DNA from: an uncultured Candidatus Saccharibacteria bacterium
GTDB taxonomy: Bacteria; Patescibacteriota; Saccharimonadia; Saccharimonadales; Saccharimonadaceae
Direction: 5' to 3'
Length of the DNA: 60,079 nt
Assembly (NCBI GenBank): GCA_964402915.1
Contig: CAYODV010000001.1
Location: 1 to 60,079 of the forward strand
Below the pieces are notes generated by a model. It saw nothing but the letters and a program-made list of their open reading frames with translations. It was not told where the DNA came from and searched no databases. Positions within the stretch are counted from its first letter, which is position 1; every line of letters begins with the position of its first letter. This document shows positions 10,316 through 19,737 of this stretch, one piece after another. Made by a program: the position numbers and the translations under genes.

Positions 10316-10894
10316 TTAGAACTTAACTTCGGGAGCTTCGGCGATTTTAGCGCGTTCAGACTCGGCAACTTCAAAGTAGTCGCGTTTCTTGAAGTGGCCG
10401 ACAAGTTTGTTGATGAGGTTGGTCGGGAAAGTTTTAATCTTGGTATTAAGTTCTTTGGCGCCGGCGTTATAGAAGCGGCGGGAAGCTTGGATTTTGTCTT
10501 CAACGTCTTGGAGCTGTTCCTGGAGTTTTTGGAAGTTGGTGTTGGATTTTAATTCCGGATAAGCTTCGGCGATAGCGAAGATGCGCGAGAGCGCGCTTGT
10601 CATGCTGGCTTCAGCTTCAGCGGCGGCCTTGACGGTCTTGGCGCCCATGACGGCAGAACGAGCCTCGGTGACGCCTTCAAAGACTTCTTTTTCGTGCTTG
10701 GCGTAGCCCTTAACGGTTTCGACGACGTTCGGGATGAGGTCGGCGCGGTATTTGAGCTGGACGGTGATGTCAGACCAAGCTTCGTTGACGCGTTCGTCAA
10801 GTTTGACGAGGCCGTTATAGGTTGACCAAAGGGCCGCGATGACGATGAGTAGGACGATGCCGATGATGATTAATATTAGAGTAGCTGTGTTCAT
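10316..10894 (-). CDS. lemA: LemA family protein
   Basis: YNGLV..., AWSDI.VQL..R.DLIPN.VETVKGY, EAYPELK, RRFYN. Confidence 0.95.
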   Translation of the reverse strand: MNTATLILIIIGIVLLIVIAALWSTYNGLVKLDERVNEAWSDITVQLKYRADLIPNVVETVKGYAKHEKEVFEGVTEARSAVMGAKTVKAAAEAEASMTSALSRIFAIAEAYPELKSNTNFQKLQEQLQDVEDKIQASRRFYNAGAKELNTKIKTFPTNLINKLVGHFKKRDYFEVAESERAKIAEAPEVKF

Positions 10895-10992
10895 TATTAT
10901 CTCCTTTTATACATATATATTATATAGATTTTGAGGCGCGAAGTAAAGGTTTTTGGGCGCATTTGCACAAACAAAAAAAGTACGCTCTTATG

Positions 10993-11069
10993 TGGTGCGA
11001 ATGAAGAGACTCTAACTCTCGACCTCTTCCTTGGCAAGGAAGCGCTCTAAACAACTGAGCTACATTCGC
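10993..11069 (-). tRNA. tRNA-Gly(GCC), atypical D/T loops
   Basis: GCGAATG/CATTCGC acceptor, CTTCC-TT-GCC-AA-GGAAG, encoded CCA; D-loop AGTTGTTTA, T-loop TTAGAGT. Confidence 0.93.
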
Positions 11070-11128
11070 ACGCATAAGAACGTGCTTTGTGTTTATATTG
11101 TAGCAGAGGGCGCGGGAAAAAGCAAGGG

Positions 11129-14100
11129 CTAGGAGTTGACGTATTTGCGGTGTTCGTCGGTATTGAGGCGAGCGGCGATTTGCGGGTTCTTCTTGAGTTC
11201 TTCGCCGAGTTGATTCTTCCAGTCGGCGGCGGTGGCAATTTGGACGCGGACGTTTTCGTTCATGTTGACGAACTGAGAAGCCGTGGTGACCTGGCGAATT
11301 TTGTCGCGCTTGGAGGCGTCGGAGAAATTGCGAATAGCGTTGGCAAATTTGGCAACCATTTCGTTGCTGAGCGGTTGAGAAGTGGCGCGAGCGATTTCGC
11401 GAGCGGAGGCACCGCGTTCGAGCGAGCCGGTGGTGGAGGCGTATTCGAGGCTGTCTTTGTCGAGGCTACCAAGACCCTTCTTTTGAATCGAAGCGGCAAG
11501 ACTGCGGTCTTCAACGAGCTTATCGTCACCGTCGAGAGTTTTAACAACGTTGCCGGCGCCATCCCTTTCGACTTCAGCGCTAGTGGCCCAGGTATGAAAG
11601 TCGAGCGCAGGGTGATCTGCGTCAGCGCCAAACTTACCGAGATGCTTGGCATATTCAGTGGTTTCAAAAGTACCGGCACCGGCGTAAGCCTGAGCGAGGC
11701 GAGTGCGGTTAGTGAAGCTGCCATCGGCGTCAGCTGTGTTGGCAATGGTATGCAAGGCAACGGAGTTTTTGTCGATTGAATCCCTGGCTTTGTCGCCTTG
11801 CCCCATGGAGGCAAGGGTGCGGATACCGGCGATGATTTGTTCGAGTTGGTTTTGAGTGCCAGGAGCAGCGTTGGAAGCGGCGGTGATTTGCGCTTGGATT
11901 TCTGGCGTGGCCATGCGAGAGTATTGGTCTTCGAAGGTCTTGGTGACTTCATCGGAAATGACTTTGGCGTTTTGGCCACGGCGAGTGCTGATGTAAGCGC
12001 CATTGTTGAGGAGGTTGGCGCGGGCGGTTTCGGCTTCGGCGCCAAGCGTGGCTTGCTGGATTTGGGCGTTGACGGTGGCCTGACCTTGGGTGATGAGGTT
12101 GCCATTTTGGTCACGGTATTCGCGACCGGTAAAGTCGGTGGTGTTGGTGCCAGCCCATTTGGCGAGGTCTTGGCGGCGTTGCTCTTCGGCAACTTCGGCT
12201 TTGCGCGACTCCATAACTCGTTCTTGATTGGCGCGACTGCCGGCGTACAGGCGGTTGACGCCGCGGACGAGGCGGTTGCGACCGCCGGTGCTTTTCGCGT
12301 TGGCGGATTCGTAGCGGTTAGCAAGACGTTGGTTGCGGCGGAACTCGGCTTGCCGCTGAGCGGATTTGTAGGCACGGTTGTTTGTGACGCGATTTCTGGC
12401 GTCGCCGGTAAGTCGACCACGAAGCGAGTTGAGGCGAGCGCCGAGCGTGCCGGTGGCGCGGTAAGCGTTCCGGACAAGGCTAGGGATGAAGAAAATCGGA
12501 GCGATTTCGGCGGCCATGGCGGCGATGAGGAGCCAAAGGTTGGTGCTGGTACCGCCGGTGCTGAGGAGAATTCTAGCAACGAGACGACCGCCGTAAACAA
12601 GGAGGGAGCAAATCGGGTAGAGGATGAGCATGCCCTTGAGGAGCTGGAGCCAGCGGTCGAAAAGCTTTTTGGTGTTTGGAAGCGTGTAGCAAACGAAGGC
12701 GAGCGGCGAGAGCACGACCAAAATGACAGTAAGAGCTTGGCGAAGAGCGAGGAGGACGAAGAGGAAGATGACGCCGACGAGTGCGCCGAGAACGGCGGGC
12801 AAGATGGCGAGCAAGAAGCCACCTATAGCCGCGGCGGTAGCACCAAGTCCGCCAGCGAAAGTTGACCAAAGTGCGACGCCGCCAACGGCACCAAGCACTG
12901 TGAGGGCGATGCTGCCGCCAACATAAACGCCGTCGCTGATGCCGTTGTTTTCGAGGAAGGCGGCTGGGACCGTGATGCCGTTGCCGATTTCTTCAAACAT
13001 GGCTTTGAGGCTGGTGCCGACGATGTTTGAAGCGTCAACGGCGAGTTGACAAACATAGAAGCTGAGGTTAACGAGAATGGCGGCGACGATGAGTTTTGGT
13101 AAAGTTTTTTTGATGCCGTAGTTGTCGATGCCGATACCAGTGACTTGAGAGAAGATGACGAAAAGAAGCAAAATCGCGAAGACGATGTTTGCGAGGTCGC
13201 GGAAACGCCCCCAGGCGTTGCGCGTGCCAGAGATGGAGGCGTCGGCGTTGAAGAGGTTGTGGCTAATGACAAGAGAAGGTTCAATGAAACTTTCATAAAT
13301 GTATTGGCTGGCGTTGGCGGCGAGTTCGAGAACCGGGCAAAGAATCCAGCCGAGCGAGCCGGCGGAGTTGTGGCAGGAAGCCTCGACGCCGGTGCCAGTA
13401 CCGGTTGAGCCGGCTACGCCGGGATCGGTGCTAATTGATGGCGTATCGCCGCCGAGGGAGTTGCGGCTTTTGATGTCTTCCCACTCGCGGCTAAGCGAAT
13501 CGAGGCTTGGACAGTTAAAAGAAACAACACCGTCGCTCCCGAAGGTGACTTTGGCGGATTCGGAAACCGAGCCGTACTTGGCAAGAAGTGTAGAGATTTC
13601 TGCTTCAGCAGTGGTGGAATATTCGCCGTCGTGGCTGGAAGCCCAAGAACGGATGGAATCGACGGCGTCGGCGACCTTTTTGTTGCAGTCAACGCCAGAA
13701 GCGAGTTCGTTGGCGTAGGCTTGAACTTCGGGGCTGTTGGTGCTTAAGGTCTCTGCGATTTCTTGACAGGTTTTTACTAGCCTTTCATCGCTATTGCCAT
13801 AGGATTGATAGAGTTTTACGCTGTGGCTTTTGTCGCGCGACCTCGCATAACCACCGAGTTTGAGCTCTCCGGAGCTTGGATCCCATGCGTAGATTCTGTA
13901 ATCATATTCGGTGCCGGAGAAGTCGGCTGAACCGTAACCGCAGACGTTGAGGAAGGCGTCCTCATAAATATAATATTTTTCTAGGTCGGTGAAAGTATCA
14001 AGACTGCCACCGGGCACGTCACCGCCAAAAGTTTTGTTGGTGACGACGTCGTTGATATAGGCCATTTTTTCGTTGCCATTTTTATACCCGCCAAGTCCAC

Positions 14101-14599
14101 TGCCAGTGTCAACAGCGGCGGCGCAGGAAGTCGAAGAGTCAATATTGACAATTCCTCCCTCGTTGGCGGTTTTGTAATTGCAAATGAAATCGTTCATGTA
14201 GTCGAGGCCGAGGCCGTTGAGAACTTGCTGAAGTGTCCCCCAATTACCAAATTGACGTCCTTCGCAAGAGACCGCTCCGTCTCCATATTCGCCGTAAAGT
14301 CGCCTTTCGACATAGGAACTACCGTGGGACCAACTCGAAACGTCATCTTGGATGATTCGATGTTCTTTGATGAGGTTAGAACGTGAATAATACCATGGCG
14401 CTGCGCCGTTCGCGACACAGTGATAAAGAATTTGGTAAAGCTGTTTTTTCTGAGCGGATTCACGAGAGCCTTGACTGCCGGCGGCAGAAGCGGAGTGGAA
14501 AGCGGTGGCAGTGGAGAGAACGAGGGAAAGAATGAGGACGGTGGCAACCGACAAAATGCAGGAAGATTTTATTTTCTTTCCAAAAAATCTCGAACGCAT
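11129..14599 (-). CDS. Large exported/membrane protein with central VirB6/TrbL-like polytopic region
   Basis: 1156 aa; signal peptide, Cys-containing extracellular region, LGWILCP...W..FRDLAN...LPKLIVAAILVNLS and SPLAFVC..LPNT..LF..W TM block, charged C-terminal tail. Confidence 0.6.
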   Translation of the reverse strand: MRSRFFGKKIKSSCILSVATVLILSLVLSTATAFHSASAAGSQGSRESAQKKQLYQILYHCVANGAAPWYYSRSNLIKEHRIIQDDVSSWSHGSSYVERRLYGEYGDGAVSCEGRQFGNWGTLQQVLNGLGLDYMNDFICNYKTANEGGIVNIDSSTSCAAAVDTGSGLGGYKNGNEKMAYINDVVTNKTFGGDVPGGSLDTFTDLEKYYIYEDAFLNVCGYGSADFSGTEYDYRIYAWDPSSGELKLGGYARSRDKSHSVKLYQSYGNSDERLVKTCQEIAETLSTNSPEVQAYANELASGVDCNKKVADAVDSIRSWASSHDGEYSTTAEAEISTLLAKYGSVSESAKVTFGSDGVVSFNCPSLDSLSREWEDIKSRNSLGGDTPSISTDPGVAGSTGTGTGVEASCHNSAGSLGWILCPVLELAANASQYIYESFIEPSLVISHNLFNADASISGTRNAWGRFRDLANIVFAILLLFVIFSQVTGIGIDNYGIKKTLPKLIVAAILVNLSFYVCQLAVDASNIVGTSLKAMFEEIGNGITVPAAFLENNGISDGVYVGGSIALTVLGAVGGVALWSTFAGGLGATAAAIGGFLLAILPAVLGALVGVIFLFVLLALRQALTVILVVLSPLAFVCYTLPNTKKLFDRWLQLLKGMLILYPICSLLVYGGRLVARILLSTGGTSTNLWLLIAAMAAEIAPIFFIPSLVRNAYRATGTLGARLNSLRGRLTGDARNRVTNNRAYKSAQRQAEFRRNQRLANRYESANAKSTGGRNRLVRGVNRLYAGSRANQERVMESRKAEVAEEQRRQDLAKWAGTNTTDFTGREYRDQNGNLITQGQATVNAQIQQATLGAEAETARANLLNNGAYISTRRGQNAKVISDEVTKTFEDQYSRMATPEIQAQITAASNAAPGTQNQLEQIIAGIRTLASMGQGDKARDSIDKNSVALHTIANTADADGSFTNRTRLAQAYAGAGTFETTEYAKHLGKFGADADHPALDFHTWATSAEVERDGAGNVVKTLDGDDKLVEDRSLAASIQKKGLGSLDKDSLEYASTTGSLERGASAREIARATSQPLSNEMVAKFANAIRNFSDASKRDKIRQVTTASQFVNMNENVRVQIATAADWKNQLGEELKKNPQIAARLNTDEHRKYVNS

Positions 14600-14669
14600 G
14601 TATATATTATATATATAAACATGAGCGATTTCAAGCGGGAAAAATGTAAAATATGATAAAATAGGCTTA

Positions 14670-15107
14670 ATGCGTAAAATAATTGCCGTGCTTTTGATTT
14701 TTGGGTTAGGGTTTTTGACGTGCTATACAATTTTGGTGGATCCGGATTGGTTCAAGATTGGCGTACATAAAGCAAAGTTGGCAGCGAACGATTGCGACAA
14801 GGTGGTGGCAGAGATTGAAAAGTATGATTGGGACACGAAGCTGGCGACGGCGGTGATGAAGGCGGAAAGCAAGTGCGATATTAATACGAAGGGCGATACG
14901 GATTTGATATTTGAAGAAAATGGGAGAGAATATGGTTATTCGGTCGGGGCGTTCCAGGTGCGGATTTTGCCGGGGCGGGAAGATTGCGATACGTTTGATT
15001 TAGAGACGAATGTGAGGTGTGCGTATAATATATATGTGAAGGCCGAGCGTGAGTTTACGGATTGGTCAATGTATAATAACGGAAAATACCGCGAGTATTT
15101 GGAATAA
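14670..15107 (+). CDS. Small exported lytic transglycosylase/lysozyme-like protein
   Basis: Signal/TM helix; AVMKAES (catalytic Glu motif), SVGAFQV, N.RCAY.IY, W..Y. Confidence 0.75.
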   Translation: MRKIIAVLLIFGLGFLTCYTILVDPDWFKIGVHKAKLAANDCDKVVAEIEKYDWDTKLATAVMKAESKCDINTKGDTDLIFEENGREYGYSVGAFQVRILPGREDCDTFDLETNVRCAYNIYVKAEREFTDWSMYNNGKYREYLE

Positions 15108-15144
15108 AAAATCCCCCGCTTCTTAAGGAAGCGAGGGGGATTTG
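15107..15144. terminator. Bidirectional terminator
   Basis: AAATCCCCCGCTTC...GAAGCGAGGGGGATTT stem between convergent genes. Confidence 0.75.
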
Positions 15145-15150
15145 TAGAAG

Positions 15151-17310
15151 TTAGATACCGAGAAATTGGAGCAGGTTGTACTGCGCGAAGATTGGTGCGA
15201 GCATCATGCCAAGGATGCCGATAATCTTCATGAAGATGTCGATGCAGACCGCAACGACGTCTTTCATCCAGTCGCCCATGGTGTCGCCGACGACGGCGGC
15301 GTCATGGACAAAATCGTAGTCTGCGGTTCCGGGTTCGTAGCCCACGACCAGGCCAGCTTCAAAACGCTTTTTGGCGTTGTCGGCCAGGCCACCAGCGTTA
15401 CTGAACTGAACGGCGCAGACGGCGCCGACGAGCGTGGTGCCGAGGAGCAGTCCGCCCAAGGTCTCGACGCCAAAGGCGAAGCCGGGGATTAATGTTGCAC
15501 CGACCGCAAGGGCGACCGGGTAAATCATCTTGCTGATGGCATCATTAGTGGCGCTGATGATGCAGGCTTTGTAATCGGGGTCTTTCAGGCCGTTAACGAC
15601 GTCCTTGTCTTTGAACTGTTTACGGCATTCGGCGGCCATGTGGTCGGCAGCTTGCAGAGTATATTTAGCTAGCAAACCACAGAATGTTCCCATTAGGCCT
15701 GCGCCGAGCAAACCGCCTAACATGGGTTCCGGTTCAAGCATGTTGAGCATGGTTTTACCGGCGGCGCCCATGAGAGCGGAAACCTGCGACAAGACGACGG
15801 CGACAGCGGCGCCAATAGCCAGACCTTTGCCAACAGCAGCAGTAGAGTTGCCGACGGCGTCGTTCTTGTCGGTGATGCGGCGGACGCCTTCTGGTAGATG
15901 ACAGGCTTCGGCGATGCCGCCAGCGTTGTCGGAAATGGGGCCAAAGGCGTCAGCGCTGATAGGTTGCGCAACGAAGCACAACATGCCGAGGGCCATGATG
16001 GCCTGTCCGTAAGCGCCAGCGATTTTCTGTGCCGTGAACGATAGGAAGGCGACCACGCCGATTTCGAAGAAACAGGAAATCCAACCACCAGCTTGAGCGT
16101 ATGAAGCGATGATGGCTGAACCTTGTTTGGCTTTTCCGGCGGTGTCTTTACACCATTTACTGTCAAGGTCGGTGAAACGCTGTGCGATAAGGCCGACCGC
16201 GACGCCTGCGACAATGCCGCAGAGGGTGCAGATGAAGAGCGACAAATCTCCGGCTCTAAACTCGGCAGGAATCAGCTCCGGATTTGAAAACAGGAGCTTA
16301 GAAGCTGCAAAGCTGGCTATCACGGCGCCGCTAGCGGCGATGTACATGGAAGCATTGAGCTGGCTCTTGGGGCTCTTGCTGGTCTTGACGTTTGACGCAT
16401 AAACCAGTCCGACGATGCTACTGATGAGGCCGGCAATCGACATGATAAGCGGGAAAGCAATCAAGATTTTCAGGATTTCTTGGTTGCCGCCTATGAGTCC
16501 ATACATGTTGAAGGCGGTGACAGTAGCGGTGACAGGTGTAGCGGCCGTACTTTCTCCGAGGTCGGCCTGGTTGCCCTCGATGTCGTTGGTGATGTCGCCG
16601 ACGTTATCAGCAACAGACGCGGGGTTTCGCGGGTCGTCTTCGGCGAAGTGCATGTAAACTTTACCAATCAAATCAGCGCCGATGTCGGCAGCCTTGGTGA
16701 AAATACCACCTGGCACGCGACAAAACATGGCGATGATAGACCAGCCAAGAGAATATGCGGTCAAGCGCGAGCAAGCTGGGATGACCATGGCCGAGGAAAG
16801 GATGCCGTGGCCAGAAGCTACGGCTTCGATGCCGGTGAGCAGAAGTGTCAAGGTGTAGCCTAAAAGTACCATTGAATGGACAATGAGGCCACAGATTTTG
16901 CTGCCTTTAAGGGTAGCGTTGACAGTCCTGGCCGTGGCGACATCTTCCGGTTCGTCGACGTTGGCGAGGGCGGCGGCGGTAGCACGGACATTAGCGAAAG
17001 TGCCAACGCTGCGGCCGACGATGACTGCTATTGAAGTACAGAGTAATCCACCCAGGAAGGCGACGCCATCGAAGGCCTCGACGAATAGGCTGAAGATGAT
17101 GGCGATGCCAATCGCAACAGGAATAATAACCTTATAGATGGTGTCCGTGAAAGCTTTGGCGCCTTCACGAATCCGGGCAGCAACGACAGACATGCCAGTT
17201 TCTGGCGGGCCTTCGCTCATGCGTTTGACGGCGCGGTATTCGTGAACCATGTAGATTCCAACGAGCGCCACGACCGCCAGAGAAACATAGTAAAGTGGTT
17301 GAAGCAACAT
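15151..17310 (-). CDS. hppA: Membrane-bound Na+/H+-translocating pyrophosphatase, divergent
   Basis: GGIFTKAADIGADL.GK, EDDPRNP..ADNVGD, DAFGPISDNAGG, GNSTAA.GKG, NAGG..DNAKK, VGDT.GD..KD. Confidence 0.93.
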   Translation of the reverse strand: MLLQPLYYVSLAVVALVGIYMVHEYRAVKRMSEGPPETGMSVVAARIREGAKAFTDTIYKVIIPVAIGIAIIFSLFVEAFDGVAFLGGLLCTSIAVIVGRSVGTFANVRATAAALANVDEPEDVATARTVNATLKGSKICGLIVHSMVLLGYTLTLLLTGIEAVASGHGILSSAMVIPACSRLTAYSLGWSIIAMFCRVPGGIFTKAADIGADLIGKVYMHFAEDDPRNPASVADNVGDITNDIEGNQADLGESTAATPVTATVTAFNMYGLIGGNQEILKILIAFPLIMSIAGLISSIVGLVYASNVKTSKSPKSQLNASMYIAASGAVIASFAASKLLFSNPELIPAEFRAGDLSLFICTLCGIVAGVAVGLIAQRFTDLDSKWCKDTAGKAKQGSAIIASYAQAGGWISCFFEIGVVAFLSFTAQKIAGAYGQAIMALGMLCFVAQPISADAFGPISDNAGGIAEACHLPEGVRRITDKNDAVGNSTAAVGKGLAIGAAVAVVLSQVSALMGAAGKTMLNMLEPEPMLGGLLGAGLMGTFCGLLAKYTLQAADHMAAECRKQFKDKDVVNGLKDPDYKACIISATNDAISKMIYPVALAVGATLIPGFAFGVETLGGLLLGTTLVGAVCAVQFSNAGGLADNAKKRFEAGLVVGYEPGTADYDFVHDAAVVGDTMGDWMKDVVAVCIDIFMKIIGILGMMLAPIFAQYNLLQFLGI

Positions 17311-17463
17311 ACAGTTTTCTCTCCCTTCCGCAATTTGTTAAGGTTCGTTCGGGTTTTAACCAGAAAAAAGTGAGCTAATGCCCACCGAAAATAATTTATA
17401 ATGCACACCCTCCTTGTGCGCACGACATGATTATAACACCGAACCTCAATATTGTCCAATAAA

Positions 17464-17491
17464 AGAGAAGCCCCGCGGGGGCGGGGTTCTC
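17464..17491 (-). terminator. Stem-loop after YdcF gene
   Basis: GAGAAGCCCCGC...GCGGGGTTCTC with A-run on the + strand (U-run on -). Confidence 0.6.
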
Positions 17492-18140
17492 ATCCATAGC
17501 CAAGATGCCAGTGCGCAAGCACCAGCTGAATCGCTTCCTTACCGACCAGCATGCAGCCGTCAAGACTGTGGCGCCAGTTGAGCTTGTCGATGTAAAAGTC
17601 GGCAGTTGACCAGTAGAGGTGGAGGTAGCCGTACTCCACGTTGCCAGTGACTCTCTTCAGTTCTTCAACGACCTGGAGGAAGTAAAGCTTGGCGCGCCTG
17701 AGGTGGAAATGGTTGGTAATCAGAACTACGTTACAACGCTGTGCCAGCCCGCAACGATAGGTGATGATGGGGAGCGAGAACTCCAGGTTTTCCATGGTGG
17801 TTCTGGAGTTCTCTTCGACCCAAATGTCTTCATCAGCGACACCGAGGTCAAGAAGTTTCTGGCGGTTAATGATGGCCTCAGGGATTTCCTTGTTTTCGCT
17901 GTATTCGCCGATGCCTCCGGAAACCAGGATTTTGGTGACGATTCCCTTGTGGTAGAGTTTGGCGGCGCGTTCAACGCGGCCGTTACAACCGCCCAGAACC
18001 AGGGCGACCGTCAGGTTGGGATGAGCCGAAAGGTTCGGCAGGCTTTCCGGGGTGTCTGCGAAAACCAGCTTGGTGAGCCGGTTTTTGATTGCGTCGGGCA
18101 GAATACGGGTCATTTTTCCAATCATCGTGAGTTTATCCAT
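17490..18140 (-). CDS. YdcF/DUF218 family protein
   Basis: LVLGG, R...AA.LY, ILVSGG, EENSRTT.EN, LITNHFHLRRA. Confidence 0.88.
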   Translation of the reverse strand: MDKLTMIGKMTRILPDAIKNRLTKLVFADTPESLPNLSAHPNLTVALVLGGCNGRVERAAKLYHKGIVTKILVSGGIGEYSENKEIPEAIINRQKLLDLGVADEDIWVEENSRTTMENLEFSLPIITYRCGLAQRCNVVLITNHFHLRRAKLYFLQVVEELKRVTGNVEYGYLHLYWSTADFYIDKLNWRHSLDGCMLVGKEAIQLVLAHWHLGYG

Positions 18141-18300
18141 TAAGAATCCCTCCCTTTCTTAGGTAAAACAATTTTTTGGCTTTGGACTGTAAAAGGACTA
18201 TTCCAGCTTATATTATAGCATACTTTGGCGATTTTGTCTAGTACTAGCGGTATTTTGCTCTTTTCTTTTGGGGAAAACTGTGATAGAATAGGTTTTGGTT

Positions 18301-18376
18301 GGCTCTGTAGCTCAGCTGGTAGAGCAGAGGCCTGAAGAGCCTTGTGTCGTTGGTTCAAGTCCGACCGGAGCCACCA
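18301..18376 (+). tRNA. tRNA-Phe(GAA)
   Basis: GGCTCTG/CGGAGCC acceptor, GAGGC-CT-GAA-GA-GCCTT, TTCAAGT, CCA. Confidence 0.97.
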
Positions 18377-18425
18377 AACAGAGAAAGTGCCCTTCTGGGG
18401 CGTTTTTTGTAGTATAATAAGAGAT

Positions 18426-19727
18426 ATGAAAAAGTTAAATACTTCCCCCATTTCCGGCATGCAGGAGCTTTTGCCCCGCGAGCAGGCTGTTTTTAATAAA
18501 TTTAAGGATGAGATTCGGGAAGTGTACCGAAGCCACGGGTTTTTGGAGATAGAAACGCCGACGATTGACCGCGCAGAGATTTTGTTCGCGAAGGCGGGGG
18601 GCGAAACTGAAAAACAAATTTATAAAGTCGTAAAGACCGAGGAGGCGTCGGAAGGGGCCGATCAAGCGCTACGTTTTGACCACACGGTGCCGCTAGCGCG
18701 CTATACGGCGGAGCATGAGAGCGACCTAAACTTTCCGTTCAAGGTGACTCAGATTGGGCGTAATTTCCGTGGCGAACGGGCGCAGAAGGGGCGGTTCCGT
18801 GAGTTTTATCAGTGCGACGTGGATATTTTGGGGAGAAATGAGCTGGCGAGCGAGTACGATGCAGAAGTGATTTTGACGTTGGCGGATGCGCTGAATAGGC
18901 TCGGCCTGCCGAAGCGGCTGGTGAGAGTGTCGAACCGAAAGATTCTGGCTGGGTTTTTGGAGGAGCTGAATTTGCAGGAAGTGGCTGGGGAGATCGCCGG
19001 AATTATTGACCATGCGGAGAAAGTGGCGCCGGAGAAAGTGCGGGAGTGGCTGGATGAGCTGGCGATTGGCGAAGAGCGGGTTGAGGACGTGCTTAAGTTT
19101 ATTGAAATTGCGGGCACCCGCGAGGAAGTTGTCGCAAAACTAACGGCGTTTGGGTTTGAGAACGAGAAATTCCAGGAAGGCGTGGCGGAACTGGAGAAAG
19201 TTTTGGCGATTCTTGAAGGGCAAAATTTGGATGCGTCTGTGGTGGCGGACATGAAAATCGTGCGGGGGCTGGATTATTATACCGGCACGGTGTTCGAGAC
19301 GATTTTGCCGGATTACAAGCAGATTGGCTCGGTTTGCTCCGGCGGGAGATACGAAAACCTGGCCGAATATTATACTGATCAAAAGTTTCCGGGCGTGGGA
19401 GGGTCGATTGGGTTGACGCGGCTGTTTTATATTATGAAGGAATATGGACTGCTGAATGGCGTTGAAACCGAGCGAAAGAGATATGCGATTGTGCCGTTTG
19501 GGAATACGAGCGAAGAGGTGGCGTTTGCGCATGAAGTGGCCGCGAAGTTCCGCGGGCGTGGGAAAGATGTTGATATTGTGTTTATGAATAAAAAACTGGG
19601 TGACAAGATTAAGTATGCCGGGAAGACGGCGGATTATCTCGTGGTGGTGGGCGAAAACGAAGTGAAGACGCGGGCGTTTAAGGTGAAAAATCTAGCAACG
19701 GGCGAGGAAGCCGATTCGGCGGTTTAG
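18426..19727 (+). CDS. hisS: Histidyl-tRNA synthetase
   Basis: LRFDHTVPLAR, RGERAQKGRFREFYQCD, VRGLDYYTG, SGGRY; start at ATG 18426 after TATAAT. Confidence 0.98.
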   Translation: MKKLNTSPISGMQELLPREQAVFNKFKDEIREVYRSHGFLEIETPTIDRAEILFAKAGGETEKQIYKVVKTEEASEGADQALRFDHTVPLARYTAEHESDLNFPFKVTQIGRNFRGERAQKGRFREFYQCDVDILGRNELASEYDAEVILTLADALNRLGLPKRLVRVSNRKILAGFLEELNLQEVAGEIAGIIDHAEKVAPEKVREWLDELAIGEERVEDVLKFIEIAGTREEVVAKLTAFGFENEKFQEGVAELEKVLAILEGQNLDASVVADMKIVRGLDYYTGTVFETILPDYKQIGSVCSGGRYENLAEYYTDQKFPGVGGSIGLTRLFYIMKEYGLLNGVETERKRYAIVPFGNTSEEVAFAHEVAAKFRGRGKDVDIVFMNKKLGDKIKYAGKTADYLVVVGENEVKTRAFKVKNLATGEEADSAV

Positions 19728-19737
19728 TTCTTAATTT

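Noticed and set aside
11087-13296. Long alternative-frame ORFs (520, 355, 230 aa) inside the 1156-aa gene, and similar ones in uvrC, ligA and the 1713-aa gene
   Set aside because: Pro/Ser-rich or antisense shadows caused by biased codon usage; no motifs or start signals
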